In this document: in pieces, positions 25,301 to 36,438 of the stretch
Numbering within the stretch: the stretch's first letter is position 1
How the letters are laid out: each line of letters starts with the position of its first letter
Source: a bacterium
GTDB lineage: Bacteria; SAR324; XYD2-FULL-50-16
NCBI GenBank assembly: GCA_032250835.1
Contig: JAVVEA010000010.1
Location: forward strand, 1 to 64,000
Direction: 5' to 3'
DNA: 64,000 nt
Notes under the pieces: model-generated
Told to the model about the DNA's origin: nothing
What the model saw: the letters and a program-made list of their open reading frames with translations, nothing else
Database searches by the model: none
Made by a program: the position numbers and the translations under genes

Positions 25301-26430
25301 TCTCGGGCCTTGAAGTTAGGCGTTTCCGCTTCGTTGGGGGTGCAGAGGTGCAGTTGTTTTTCGGGATACCATTGTTGCCAACGGTCGCTAAAATCCTTCC
25401 ACTCGTCGTTGGGGATTAAGATGCCCTTAAAACTGTCGCGGATCATCTTCGCCGGAATCGGCGTAGGTAATATCTCAAAATACTTGTTTTCATACAAAAT
25501 GGCCTTAGGCAGGCCAAAAAGCATGATGCCCGTTTCGGCGAAGTCGTCGGTAACAATCGGCTTTTTGGTGCCGTCGTTTTCGTAGTGGTAGAAGACGCCG
25601 GCCAAGATGCGGTGGTTGTTCAGCTCAAAGACGTTGAGGTCAAACTCGACCTTCTTGAAGCTATTGCGGACCGGGCTAAGCGAGTCTTCGTAATACAAAA
25701 AGGGATGGCCCAACAGCAAGAACAGGAGGCTGTGCGTGTCGCGGCTCGAAAGAACCAAGGGGTTGGGGATTTCTCCATCGCCGCGCAGCTCGTGTTCCTC
25801 ATCGGTCAACAGGCGGTTTTCGTCTAAAAAGGTTTTAACGACCCAGCCGGGGTTGTTGTTGTTATCGAGTAAGGACTTATTGATTGATTTTATGGGTTTT
25901 TCATTGCCCCAGCCTCGAATCCCGTAGCGGGAACGGTTAAAAGACCAATGGAATTTGGCTTCGCGCTCAGCGGTGTAGACCTGACGGAACCGGATGATGG
26001 TGTGGATGTCGCCCACCTCCACCGGAACGGTGTCAAAGCCGTGCTCTTGTTTCCAGTCCTTAAAGCCAAACTGGGGGTAGTCGTGGATCGAGGTACTGGT
26101 TGGTTTGTTCGGGTCCGGCGGCGGGGGGATCACTTGGTCGAACTCGGGGTCTTCAAAGCCCACTTCCTTGGTGGGTTTCTTCCAGTCTGCCTGATCCGCG
26201 AGCGGCACCCCCAATAGGGCCTCGATGATCGATTCGATCTCGTCGCCTTTGTCTTCAAGTAGGTAGAGCGCTTGCGCTTCCCAGTCCTCAAAGTCCTTCA
26301 AGAACTGCAAAAATTCTTTCTGCAAGTCCTTGGACAAAGCTTTGGCGCGTTTAAGCGCCCTCACGATTGGGTGCGAAGCAGGGAAGGCGGCCAATAGTTT
26401 TGTTGGAAACTCTAGCTTTGTTAGCGTCAA
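22369..26430 (-). CDS. SNF2-family (SWI2/SNF2) helicase-like ATPase with long N-terminus
   Basis: LRDYQ, LADDMGLGKT, DEAQ, TGTPIEN, SLKAGGTGINL, QATDRAYRIGQ. Confidence 0.92.
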   Translation of the reverse strand: MTLTKLEFPTKLLAAFPASHPIVRALKRAKALSKDLQKEFLQFLKDFEDWEAQALYLLEDKGDEIESIIEALLGVPLADQADWKKPTKEVGFEDPEFDQVIPPPPDPNKPTSTSIHDYPQFGFKDWKQEHGFDTVPVEVGDIHTIIRFRQVYTAEREAKFHWSFNRSRYGIRGWGNEKPIKSINKSLLDNNNNPGWVVKTFLDENRLLTDEEHELRGDGEIPNPLVLSSRDTHSLLFLLLGHPFLYYEDSLSPVRNSFKKVEFDLNVFELNNHRILAGVFYHYENDGTKKPIVTDDFAETGIMLFGLPKAILYENKYFEILPTPIPAKMIRDSFKGILIPNDEWKDFSDRWQQWYPEKQLHLCTPNEAETPNFKAREVRSWQYWLSKPEAKVEIFAEDTDVIEIRLHEETKHFNTNKLAVTLSEDWDGNTCTLYNPAMSPKAAKLMQVFRAIFTSKMTDGFYTLERHQASQMLILAEEYPYAYSYAGNQHMINPERLDFRVVVTRNPENENQYLLKGEIGRFVLDKKGKSQFERIGKKEGIMPKAVGMAPAFLLEEDQLKRVGSMLSGRLINDTMAGVVVEESEISDFYAAALPYLKQRNIEIHDPQGVLRVSALFNYKLHGKMTIWEVGGVLMGRLETVMVTGIGEMPYPLELNADEFEQTLDKKTYKIPKDIAQEQALKDQLYATGWVGEGEDEYSMREDMAMVFVLETLPNKDPESLVTYFGGTKLKRWKTKKLVPEIATTIQSGIDWFDVSVTMTIDGQLFDLKKLVNMWKNNEEAVELKAGEGIAVIDSGWIEKYAPILNRLIQTTRSRTGKGKKGLEELIEEIDIQPEALQVDKYQVGLLTELEAIASQRDHDEEWEAIQQKLTNFKGIRNQRIPKEVQAKLRDYQREGVNWLCFLYEYGFGGILADDMGLGKTLQTLTYLAILKKKTRNKRPSLVIAPTSVVTNWLAEVKKFVPHFNAVLLHGQKRKDHFEAAEKADLVITTYGLLQRDLEWLTSQEFHVVILDEAQNIKNARSKTSQAVMQLRGDRRITLTGTPIENSVMELWSQFNFLMPGFFGPLKEFERDFVKPKKKVGGKKKRTDHGLLRRQTKPFILRRLKQNVAKELPPKTQQTLYSEMGEQQKKLYMSVMEIVRQQVKEKISAGGVNGAKIAIFDALLKLRQICCDPRLSPLAGENPPPSAKYKLFMETLTEIVGEGHRVLVFSQFVKMLNLMHEDLNKEGIPFLQLDGTSKNREELVNKFQQSDDYPVFLISLKAGGTGINLTAADYVIHYDPWWNPAAEAQATDRAYRIGQKNHLFVYKLITRNSIEEKILDLQEKKQALADNIVGNSESLEDMLNLDDLNDLFAL

Positions 26431-26697
26431 CCTCGGTGCCTTATGCTCACGAGGTATCCGAAATGAGACATAGAATTATAAACTAAACTTGAGGCTTTCT
26501 TGCAAGGGCTTTTTCGCTCGACTTCACTGCCTTTTGTGGATGTCACGGGCAGAGCGGCCTATTCGGCGCTGCACAAGGGAGCTAGAATTTTTTACCTTGA
26601 TATTCGGGTAACTGAAAAACACTGTTATGCAGGCCGAATTTGTGAACCTGCATGGCCCGGTAAACAGTGCTTAAGCCGGTTTTTTTATAGCTGATCG

Positions 26698-27818
<1,121 letters not shown>

Positions 27819-27824
27819 GCCGAA

Positions 27825-28673
27825 ATGCCCAACTTTCTCAAGCGATACCGCTTCCGCATCTCCATCGGGTTCATCCTGGTGGTGCTGCTGCTGGTGATTC
27901 TGAGTCAGCTCGAAGAACGGCGCAGGGAAAACTGGTTCAGCCATCTGGTCCAAACGGTCAGTCATCCTTTCTTGTCCCTTTCAAACAGCGTCTACACGGG
28001 ATCAAAGGACCTATGGTTAGGTTATCTTTGGCTAGTAGACGTACGTTCTGAAAACTTGCGCCTCAAAACCGAACTGCGGAGCCTTAAAGAGGAGGTGGCC
28101 CGCAACCAAGAGATCATCACCGCCTTCGAGCGCCAGCGTAAGTTACTGGAATTCGCCGAAACCAACGATGACGATAAGGTCTTTGCTGAGGTGATCGGCG
28201 AGGTCCAGCGCGGCTTCTCGCGCCTTTTGGTGCTGAATAAGGGTGCCCAGGCGGGCATCAAAAAGAACTTCGCCGTAGTCACCCCCGAAGGAGTGGTGGG
28301 TAAGATCCAGTCGGTCACGCCCTACCAGTCGGTGGTCCAACTGGTAACCGACCCCAACAGCCAGTTCCCGGTCTTAATCCAGCGGACCCGCTCTAAGGCG
28401 ATGATCCAAGGCAGCCTCGACGGCGACCTGACGATCACCAATTTCCCGCGCCGTCAGGTGCTCGATAAAGGGGACTTAGTGATCACCTCCGGCTTAGCTG
28501 GAATCCTGCCAAAAGGGTTTAGTGTGGGCCGGGTCTCTAGGGTTGAGAAAAAGGAATTTGGTCTCTTCCAGACCATCACCTTGAACTCTACGGTAGACTT
28601 AAACAAACTCGAAGAGGTGGCGGTGATCCTCTTTTCGAGGTCTAATATCCACCAACCGCTCTTTTCCGAGTGA
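27825..28673 (+). CDS. mreC: Rod shape-determining protein MreC
   Basis: TM, coiled coil, GVVGKI, VITSGLAGILPKG; position after mreB. Confidence 0.93.
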   Translation: MPNFLKRYRFRISIGFILVVLLLVILSQLEERRRENWFSHLVQTVSHPFLSLSNSVYTGSKDLWLGYLWLVDVRSENLRLKTELRSLKEEVARNQEIITAFERQRKLLEFAETNDDDKVFAEVIGEVQRGFSRLLVLNKGAQAGIKKNFAVVTPEGVVGKIQSVTPYQSVVQLVTDPNSQFPVLIQRTRSKAMIQGSLDGDLTITNFPRRQVLDKGDLVITSGLAGILPKGFSVGRVSRVEKKEFGLFQTITLNSTVDLNKLEEVAVILFSRSNIHQPLFSE

Positions 28674-29179
28674 TGCGCGTCACTACGGCCCTGGTGGTCT
28701 TCTCCTTATTGTCTTTGTGGGCCGAAACTTATCTACTCGGCTTGCTCACCTGGTTTGGTCCCAATCTTTTTTTGTTGAGCGCCTTGGTGTTTATTCTGCA
28801 CTGGAGGGGCCCGGAGGTGCATTTTGTGGCGCTGTTGTTTGGTCTGTTGGCGGACAGCTATAGCTCCATCCCCTTCGGGTTATATGCTATGGCCATGTTG
28901 ATCCTTTCCTTTCCGGCCCGCTGGTATGCCATCAAAATTTTCCAAGAAGCGCTGATCACCCTTCCGGTATTGGCTGGAGTCTTTTCTTTGGCTTGCAATG
29001 GGTTGATCTATCTTTTACTCTACCTGCTGGTAGACGAAAATCGGTTCAGTCTGTTTTGGCTCAACGATTTGTTTGGCCGTGACGCTTTGCCGCTGGCTGC
29101 CTTGTCCATCCCCTTTTACCTCCTGCTCCTCTTCTTGGAGGACCGACTCGACATCCGCTTGGCCGAAAGGAAATTTTGA
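28670..29179 (+). CDS. mreD: Rod shape-determining protein MreD
   Basis: Polytopic, FGLLADS...PFG; between mreC and mrdA. Confidence 0.8.
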   Translation: MMRVTTALVVFSLLSLWAETYLLGLLTWFGPNLFLLSALVFILHWRGPEVHFVALLFGLLADSYSSIPFGLYAMAMLILSFPARWYAIKIFQEALITLPVLAGVFSLACNGLIYLLLYLLVDENRFSLFWLNDLFGRDALPLAALSIPFYLLLLFLEDRLDIRLAERKF

Positions 29180-31053
29180 AAGAAGAACAACTTTCAAATG
29201 ACGAGCTCCAACTTTTCAAGCGCCGGGACCTGATCATCAAAGGGGCTCTGGCGGTGCCGGTGGGGGGCATTCTTTGGCGGCTCTGGGATCTTCAGATCAA
29301 ACAGGGCGAAAAATATAAGGAGTTAGCCAAGGGTAACCGGATCCGGCTGAACTCTGTAGCCGCGCCGCGGGGGATCATCTACGACGTGAACGGCGTGATC
29401 TTAGCCAAAAATATCCCCAGCTTTAACCTGATGCTGGTTAAAGAAGACACACCCGACAAAGAAGCGGTCTTGGCCAAGTTGTCGCGGGCCCTAAAAATAC
29501 CCGTTTCGATCATGCAGCGGGCCTTGGAATCTAAGGCTAGGGTCGCCAAGTACCAACCGCTGATGATATACAAGGACCTGACTTGGTACCAAATGGCCCT
29601 GGTTTCGGCCTATCAAGAAGAGTTTCCTGGGATCAGCATTGAGGTCAGTCCACGGCGGTTCTTTCCGCTGGTGAAGTCTGGCGCTCATGTGATCGGATAC
29701 ATGAACCAGATCACCAAAGCGCAGTTACGTAAACTGCCGGAGAAGCAACTCATGAGTGCGCGGGTGATCGGCCAAGAAGGGGTCGAGCGGATTTATAACG
29801 ACGTCTTGATCGGAACCGACGGCGGCGAGCAGGTAGAGGTGGATAGTACGGGCCGGGTGATCCGCCGGATGGACAGTATCGACCCCTTGCCGGGCAAAGA
29901 TTTACAGCTCAACGTCGATAGCCGTTTGCAGCGTAAGATTGAGGAGCTTCTAGGCGACAAAAACGGCTCCATCGTGATGATGGACCCCCAGAACGGCACG
30001 GTCAAGGCGATGGTCAGTAAGCCTGCCTTTGACCCCAACGTATTTAGCCAGGGTATTTCTTCGGAAAGGTGGAACGAGTTGATCAACGACCCGGACCATG
30101 TGCTGCACAATAAATGTATTCAAGGCATTTATTCTCCGGGCTCTACCTTTAAAATGGCCGTTGCCGCAGCGGGCTTGGAATCCGGCGTGATCGATGAAAG
30201 CACCGAGATCCTTTGCGAAGGACATTACCGTTACGGGCGGACCTTGGTGCATTGCTGGAACCGGGCGGGGCATGGGCCGTTAAATGTCTTTGGAGCCATT
30301 GAAAACAGCTGCAACGTGTTCTTTTATAAGATGGCCATGGAAGTGGGCGTCGATAAAATCAACGAATATGCGCGTCGTTTTGGCTTTGCGCGACAAACCG
30401 GCATCGACCTGCACAATGAGCAAGCTGGTTTGATTCCTTCAAAAGCCTGGAAGCAGAGACGCTTTGGTGAACCATGGTATCCTGGCGAAACCTTACCGGT
30501 TTCGATCGGTCAGGGTTTTGTTTCGGTAACGCCGCTGCAAATGGCCCGCTATGCCAGTGCCATCGGCAACGGCGGATGGTTGGTGAAGCCCCGTTTGGCT
30601 TTGCGCGTGTTGGGTACTAACGGTGAAGAAGACACTCGCTTCCAACTGGAACGCGAAAAAATCGACATTTCCGACCTGACCATCAAAACGCTGCAAAGGG
30701 GTATGTTCCGCAACGTACACGGAGCAAAAGGAACTGGGCGCGCCGCTCGGTCGGTTTACTACAAAACTGCAGGCAAGACCGGCACCACCCAGGTGGTTAG
30801 CCATAAAACGCGCGCTAGGTTGCGCGCTGAAGAGGGCGAAGTGGACAGCCGGTATTTTAACCATGCTTGGTTTGTGGGTTATGCGCCATACGACAACCCT
30901 AAAGTGGCCGTTTCGTTCCTTTTAGAAAACGGACGCTCCGGCACCCATGCGGCGGCTATGGCCCGCGAAGTGTTAGAATATTATTTTTCCGAAATTGACC
31001 CCTTGCCCAGCATGAACCCGGAGCAAGACGAATCCTTTATCGAACCTATTTGA
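29176..31053 (+). CDS. mrdA: Penicillin-binding protein 2
   Basis: APRGIIYD, SxxK (GSTFK), SCN, KTGT motifs. Confidence 0.93.
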   Translation: MKEEQLSNDELQLFKRRDLIIKGALAVPVGGILWRLWDLQIKQGEKYKELAKGNRIRLNSVAAPRGIIYDVNGVILAKNIPSFNLMLVKEDTPDKEAVLAKLSRALKIPVSIMQRALESKARVAKYQPLMIYKDLTWYQMALVSAYQEEFPGISIEVSPRRFFPLVKSGAHVIGYMNQITKAQLRKLPEKQLMSARVIGQEGVERIYNDVLIGTDGGEQVEVDSTGRVIRRMDSIDPLPGKDLQLNVDSRLQRKIEELLGDKNGSIVMMDPQNGTVKAMVSKPAFDPNVFSQGISSERWNELINDPDHVLHNKCIQGIYSPGSTFKMAVAAAGLESGVIDESTEILCEGHYRYGRTLVHCWNRAGHGPLNVFGAIENSCNVFFYKMAMEVGVDKINEYARRFGFARQTGIDLHNEQAGLIPSKAWKQRRFGEPWYPGETLPVSIGQGFVSVTPLQMARYASAIGNGGWLVKPRLALRVLGTNGEEDTRFQLEREKIDISDLTIKTLQRGMFRNVHGAKGTGRAARSVYYKTAGKTGTTQVVSHKTRARLRAEEGEVDSRYFNHAWFVGYAPYDNPKVAVSFLLENGRSGTHAAAMAREVLEYYFSEIDPLPSMNPEQDESFIEPI

Positions 31054-31643
31054 TGTTCCAACAGGAAAAACCTATCCTGCTGGCTTCTGGCTCACCTCGA
31101 CGTCGTGAATATCTCGAACGTTATGGGTTGGAGTTTGAGGTCCGCACCGCACAAATCGACGAGACGCCCTTACCGGGCGAAGACCCCATCACCTACGTCC
31201 GGCGCATGGTGGTAGGCAAGGCCGAGCCCTTTGCGCAAAAGGCTTCCAACGGAAGCTTGGTGATCACCGCAGATACCTTGGTGTTATTGCATGGGGAAAT
31301 CATTGGAAAGCCTGAAGGGGCCGGGGCGGTTTTGCCTATGTTAAAAAAACTCAACGGCCAAGCCCACCAAGTGATTACCGGTTACGGGTTTTGGTTGGGT
31401 GAGCGCCGCTTGGTGCGTGAGGTGGCTAGCCGGGTCTATTTTCGAAAATCCAGTGACGCTCTTTTGGCGGCCTACGCCCGGGAAAAGGAACCCTTAGACA
31501 AAGCGGGAGCCTATTCGATCCAAGGATTGGGGACTTGCTTGGTCGAGTCCATTGAAGGCTCCTACAACAACGTGGTGGGGCTCCCGATCGAAGAATTATT
31601 AGCTGACCTGATTACCTGGGGCGTGATCCGCCCTGTCCTTTAG
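31050..31643 (+). CDS. maf: Maf/YhdE nucleoside triphosphate pyrophosphatase
   Basis: LASGSPRR, ADT, DKAGAYSIQG, GSYNNVVGLP. Confidence 0.92.
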   Translation: MMFQQEKPILLASGSPRRREYLERYGLEFEVRTAQIDETPLPGEDPITYVRRMVVGKAEPFAQKASNGSLVITADTLVLLHGEIIGKPEGAGAVLPMLKKLNGQAHQVITGYGFWLGERRLVREVASRVYFRKSSDALLAAYAREKEPLDKAGAYSIQGLGTCLVESIEGSYNNVVGLPIEELLADLITWGVIRPVL

Positions 31644-31650
31644 GAGTGTT

Positions 31651-32622
31651 ATGACCCGTCTGTTTGTCTTGGTGAGCCTTTTTGTTTGGGGTACCGCCAA
31701 TCTTTGGGCCCAAGAAATGGAGTTTGTGCCCGCTGGTGTGGTGCGGTTTAAGGTCCACCAAGAAACCCATAGCTATGACCGGATGTCTCAGCATGTACGC
31801 ACCACCCGTAGTTTACTGAGCGACGAATTGGCTTTTCAGGATTTAGAAGACGCGGCGGTCAGTGGGGACATGACTCAGAGTGAAACCCGCCAAGTTGTCG
31901 ACTTATCTTATGGTTGGTCCGATTTTCTCAACGTTGGTTTGGTGGTGCCTCAGGTGAGCCGTCAACGAAAATCAAACTTGAGTTATGACCCCAACGACAG
32001 CCAAGCCGCTGCCTTTGCTGCCAGCCGCCCGGATGCCCAATCTAGCGGACTAGGGGACGTTGAATTGTACAGTTGGTTGCGCCATTGGCATAACGACTAC
32101 AACCTTTTTGAGACCGGCTTCTTTTACCGGCACAACACCGGCGCTGCCCACTACGATGACGCTAGCCAGTTAGCTTTGGGTTATGGTCTGCCGCAGGTTG
32201 GCGCACGTTTAGCCTGGGATGCGTATCTTGGCGGGTCCCGGATCATGTTCCGCACCCGAATCCAAATGGGTTATTATATTTCCCAAAAGACTCAAAATGA
32301 AGCGGGCCAAGAGGTGACCGCCGCCAAGGCCAACCAAAACTGGGTCAAATCGGGAATCAACCAACAATGGGGTCCTACCCATTGGGGCTTAGAAATGCAG
32401 TATGACGAAGTCTCTGAAACCAGCTTAGATAACATAGGCTTGGGTGATAACCGCCACGGGGCCAGCCTACGGTTTTATCTTGGCGCGGGTAGTTTGAGGG
32501 CCCTTGAAAGTGACCCCTCGACCTTCCCTTGGATGGTTGAGGCCGGGGTGACCCAAGCCTATTGGGGCACTAACCTGCCGATGGGCAACCAGCTGGATTT
32601 CTCAATGGTGCTCTACTTCTAG
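31651..32622 (+). CDS. Exported protein, probable outer-membrane beta-barrel
   Basis: Signal peptide, SGLGDVEL, amphipathic strands, C-terminal Phe. Confidence 0.55.
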   Translation: MTRLFVLVSLFVWGTANLWAQEMEFVPAGVVRFKVHQETHSYDRMSQHVRTTRSLLSDELAFQDLEDAAVSGDMTQSETRQVVDLSYGWSDFLNVGLVVPQVSRQRKSNLSYDPNDSQAAAFAASRPDAQSSGLGDVELYSWLRHWHNDYNLFETGFFYRHNTGAAHYDDASQLALGYGLPQVGARLAWDAYLGGSRIMFRTRIQMGYYISQKTQNEAGQEVTAAKANQNWVKSGINQQWGPTHWGLEMQYDEVSETSLDNIGLGDNRHGASLRFYLGAGSLRALESDPSTFPWMVEAGVTQAYWGTNLPMGNQLDFSMVLYF

Positions 32623-33263
32623 GGGCACTTGACCTCTGCCCCTGTGGCATCGTCAAAGCCCCGGTAGGCCATCAAAATGGCCTGCCACTTGATCCGGCCG
32701 TCAGGCCGTCGGCGCAGCACCATGTTACACCAATAACTTTGTTCTTGGCCGTTGGCGGTTCTGAGGATAACCAACCGGTGGCGCAGCCTCCCTTCGCCCG
32801 CCTCAGGGTTCCATTGCTCCAGCAGCTCAAGCAATAGGGCCTCTCGGTCCAAAGGGTCCGGCCAAAACCGCACCGGCAAAACCGGTTCTGACAATAAGAC
32901 CTCCAAGGGTTCGCCTAGGTGGCGGTTGCTACTGTCCGAGAGCATCTCGGGGTGTGCCCGCTTTAGACTGGCGAGGTCGACTTTTTTTAAAAAAGACAAC
33001 AGGATCAAGGGCTCTGCATCGGAGATGAAGTCGTGTTCGGCGCGGCGTTGGTTGATGCGTTTGGCGATGCGGGTGATGAAAAAGGGCGGAATAAAGGGCA
33101 CCAACCAACTGAGCCAGCCAAAGCGCGGGTCATATTGGCGCAACGCCCCGATCAACTGCAACAGCGCCAGGATGCTAGCGCCCACCGTTAGCGTCGCCAA
33201 GGGGGGCCGAGAGACAATATATTCTAAGAGAGCCGTTAAAGCAGGGGGTCTTCGCCGGGTCAT
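32619..33263 (-). CDS. Membrane protein with C-terminal PAS/PAC-like segment
   Basis: Two hydrophobic segments, then ILRTANGQEQSYWCNMVLRRRPDGRIKWQAIL; AGGAG SD upstream. Confidence 0.55.
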   Translation of the reverse strand: MTRRRPPALTALLEYIVSRPPLATLTVGASILALLQLIGALRQYDPRFGWLSWLVPFIPPFFITRIAKRINQRRAEHDFISDAEPLILLSFLKKVDLASLKRAHPEMLSDSSNRHLGEPLEVLLSEPVLPVRFWPDPLDREALLLELLEQWNPEAGEGRLRHRLVILRTANGQEQSYWCNMVLRRRPDGRIKWQAILMAYRGFDDATGAEVKCP

Positions 33264-33433
33264 GAAAACTCCTTTAGCTCAGTAGAATCCAGTGTTTTTT
33301 CTTTAAGAATACCAGAAATCTCAAATTATAGCATATAAGTTATTGAAATCCAAGAACGAAAATATTTCTGGCGGCGGACCGCAAGCCGCGTTATAGTGAG
33401 CGATTGATATAAACACTTGTTCCTTCGAGTCCC

Positions 33434-35257
33434 ATGATCAACGAAAAAATTCGCAGTATCGCCATCATCGCCCACGTAGACCACGGCAAGACCACTTTGG
33501 TAGACCAACTCTTTCGCCAGTGCGGCCTGTTCCGCGAAGGGCAAGATGTGGACGACCGGATCATGGATAGCATGGATCTGGAGCGCGAACGTGGCATCAC
33601 CATCGCCGCCAAGAACTGCGCCATCGAATACGACGGCGTCAAGATCAACATCATCGACACTCCGGGCCACGCCGACTTCGGCGGCGAGGTGGAACGCAGT
33701 TTGAGCATGGCCGATGGGGCCATTCTTCTGGTGGACTCCTCTGAAGGCCCGCTGCCCCAAACCCGCTTCGTTTTAGAAAAGACCCTGAACCTGGGGCTTA
33801 AGGTGATGGTGGTGATCAACAAGATCGACCGGGCGGACTCACGCATCGAAGAAATCACCAACGAGATCTACGACCTCTTCATCGACCTCGGTGCCGATGA
33901 TACCCAATTGGAATTCCCGCTGCTTTACGCCATTGGCCGTGACGGGATCGCTAAGTTGGCTTTGGAAGACGAAGGCGTCAACCTGCGGCCCCTTTTGGAC
34001 ACGGTGCTTAAGACCGTGGACCCGCCGAAGTGCGACGACGCCAAACCGGCCCAAATGTTGGTTTCGGATTTGGGCTACTCTGATTATTTAGGCCGTTTGG
34101 CGATCGGCAAGATCCACAACGGCAAGATCAGCGCTACCGACAAGCTAGTTTGCATCGGTGAAAACGGCCAGCCCCGCCCCTTGAAAATCACCAAACTTCA
34201 GGTTTACAAGGGCCTGGGCTTTGAAGAAGTCAAATCAGCCGAAGGCGGTGAGATTGTGGTGCTTTCGGGTATCGAAGAAGTCAAGATCGGTGACACCATC
34301 ACCTTGGCTGAAAACCCCAAAGCGCTCAAGCGGATCACCGTGGATGAGCCCACCGTGGCCATGCGTTTCGGCATCAACTCCGGCCCGCTCTCGGGTAAAG
34401 AAGGCAAGTTGGTCCAGTCTTCGAAGATCAAAGAACGGCTCGACAAAGAATGCCTTTCGAACGTGGCGCTTAAAGTTGAGCAGGGCGACGACCGCGACAG
34501 CTTCTTGGTCAAAGGCCGCGGTGAGTTCCAGATGGCGATCCTGATCGAGCAGATGCGCCGTGAGGGTTTTGAACTCTGCGTTGGCCGCCCTGAGGTGATC
34601 TACAAGCGCGACGAAAACAATAAGCTGTTGGAGCCTATCGAACACTTGTTTGTGGACTGCGAAGAGGCTTATGTGGGCGTGGTGACCGAAAAACTGTCGC
34701 TGCGCAAAGGGAAGATGATCAACCTGACCAACCACAACACCGGTCGGGTCCGCGTTGAGTTCAGCCTGCCCAGCCGCTCGTTGATCGGTTACCGTGACGA
34801 ATTTTTGACGGACACCAAGGGCACGGGCTTGATGAACAGTTATCTGGCCGGTTACGAGCCCCACCGCGGTGAGTTCCCGGTGCGCCATACCGGCAGTTTG
34901 GTGTCGGACCGCTCCGGCAATGCGGTGGCCTATGCGCTCTTTAACTTAGAACCCCGTGGTACTTTGTTTGTGAAGCCCGGCGACCCGATTTACGAAGGGA
35001 TGGTGATCGGCGAACACAACCGCGATGGTGATTTGGACGTCAACCCGGCTAAAGAAAAGAAGCTGTCTAACGTCCGTGCTTCGGGCAAAGACGACGCGGT
35101 GACTCTGTCACCGGTGCGGCCGATGACTTTAGAAGCTGCGATCAACTTCCTCAACGATGATGAGCAAGTTGAAGCAACGCCCAAATCGGTCCGCATCCGC
35201 AAGATCTACCTGTCCCACCAAGAACGCGCTATTGCCGCAAAACGCAAGAAACAGTAA
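33434..35257 (+). CDS. typA: Translational GTPase TypA/BipA
   Basis: [42 protein letters not shown]. Confidence 0.97.
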   Translation: MINEKIRSIAIIAHVDHGKTTLVDQLFRQCGLFREGQDVDDRIMDSMDLERERGITIAAKNCAIEYDGVKINIIDTPGHADFGGEVERSLSMADGAILLVDSSEGPLPQTRFVLEKTLNLGLKVMVVINKIDRADSRIEEITNEIYDLFIDLGADDTQLEFPLLYAIGRDGIAKLALEDEGVNLRPLLDTVLKTVDPPKCDDAKPAQMLVSDLGYSDYLGRLAIGKIHNGKISATDKLVCIGENGQPRPLKITKLQVYKGLGFEEVKSAEGGEIVVLSGIEEVKIGDTITLAENPKALKRITVDEPTVAMRFGINSGPLSGKEGKLVQSSKIKERLDKECLSNVALKVEQGDDRDSFLVKGRGEFQMAILIEQMRREGFELCVGRPEVIYKRDENNKLLEPIEHLFVDCEEAYVGVVTEKLSLRKGKMINLTNHNTGRVRVEFSLPSRSLIGYRDEFLTDTKGTGLMNSYLAGYEPHRGEFPVRHTGSLVSDRSGNAVAYALFNLEPRGTLFVKPGDPIYEGMVIGEHNRDGDLDVNPAKEKKLSNVRASGKDDAVTLSPVRPMTLEAAINFLNDDEQVEATPKSVRIRKIYLSHQERAIAAKRKKQ

Positions 35258-35276
35258 GGGCTAGCCCCTAAAGCTT

Positions 35277-35304
35277 CTACCGGAGCCTATTGGGCCTCCG
35301 GTAG
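35277..35304 (+). terminator. Hairpin downstream of typA
   Basis: ctaccggag...ctccggtag stem; U-run lies ~30 nt further on. Confidence 0.4.
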
Positions 35305-35430
35305 GGCGACTGCATCGGTTAGAACTACTAGTCTTTTTTTTTCTTCTCTCTCCTGTTACGCTCGGGCGAACGGTAAAGGGACCTACCCAAAGGGGTGGGT
35401 TTTTTGCTGCCGCATCGCTTGAGGGGGCCT

Positions 35431-35847
35431 ATGCACGACACCATGATTCATTGGGGCTCAGAGTACGAGCTAGGGATTAGCCAGATAGACCAGCAGCACC
35501 GCCAACTGGCTATGCTGATCAATGGGCTGCGCGCTGCTATGTCTTACGGCGATGCCCGGCCTATTTTGGGGGGGATGTTAGAAAAACTAATCCGCCACGC
35601 CACCCTGCACTTCCAAATCGAACAGCGCTTACTCAAGGAAGTAGATTACCCTGAACTAGAGGATCACCTCTCCCAGCATGCCGAGTTGGTCGGGCGGGTC
35701 CATGATTTACACAACCGCTTCAAGGAAAAACCCGACTTTTTGATCTGCGTGGAAATCCACCAGTTGTTGAAAAACTGGTTGCTTGACCATGACCTCAAGG
35801 AAGACCGAAGATTTGTGCAATTCTTGAAGTCACGTCCCGAAACCTGA
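35431..35847 (+). CDS. Bacteriohemerythrin
   Basis: IDQQHRQL, HFQIEQ, HLSQH, WLLDHDLKED di-iron ligand pattern. Confidence 0.88.
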   Translation: MHDTMIHWGSEYELGISQIDQQHRQLAMLINGLRAAMSYGDARPILGGMLEKLIRHATLHFQIEQRLLKEVDYPELEDHLSQHAELVGRVHDLHNRFKEKPDFLICVEIHQLLKNWLLDHDLKEDRRFVQFLKSRPET

Positions 35848-35859
35848 CGGAGCGGCGTC

Positions 35860-36438
35860 TCAGCCCTTCGTTAAACTTCCCAGCAAAGCCATCAATATTT
35901 TAGCCTCGAGCCGCTGCGCGTCCGTTGCCTGTGCCTGGATCGCCACCCCGGCGGTGTCACTTAAAAGAGCGCAATAGAAGGCTCGGTAGTCGTCGGTACG
36001 GTTAGCGCTGGCCCAATAAACATCAAGGCCCTGTGGGTTGGTTTTCCAGCCCGCTAGGCCCAGTTCGAAGTCCTGGTCGCGGGCCAACAAGGCGACCTGA
36101 TACCGGCAGGCCGTATCGGCTCGGCCCAGGCTCTTGGCGGCGGTCACCTGGAGCGCGCCAGACTCGGCACTTAAGATCACCCGCAAGCCGTCGCTGGCGT
36201 CGGAGGCCTGATAAAGGGGGGTGAATTGCTGGCTATCGTATTCAAAATGGCCGACCGTCTTGCCTAGGCTGTCGGTTACGGTGACTTGGGTGACTTGCGA
36301 GCTAACGTCGGTTCCGTAGCTACCGGTGCCTAAGGCGGACTTGGGTTGCTCTTCCGGTCCGCTCACCGCTCCGCACCCAGCCAAAACCCAAAGGGCAGAG
36401 GCTGCGAGCCACCAGGATAAGATCGTTTTAGAAGGCAT
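35860..36438 (-). CDS. Lipoprotein of unknown function
   Basis: Lipobox LAGC; overlaps upstream barrel gene. Confidence 0.6.
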   Translation of the reverse strand: MPSKTILSWWLAASALWVLAGCGAVSGPEEQPKSALGTGSYGTDVSSQVTQVTVTDSLGKTVGHFEYDSQQFTPLYQASDASDGLRVILSAESGALQVTAAKSLGRADTACRYQVALLARDQDFELGLAGWKTNPQGLDVYWASANRTDDYRAFYCALLSDTAGVAIQAQATDAQRLEAKILMALLGSLTKG

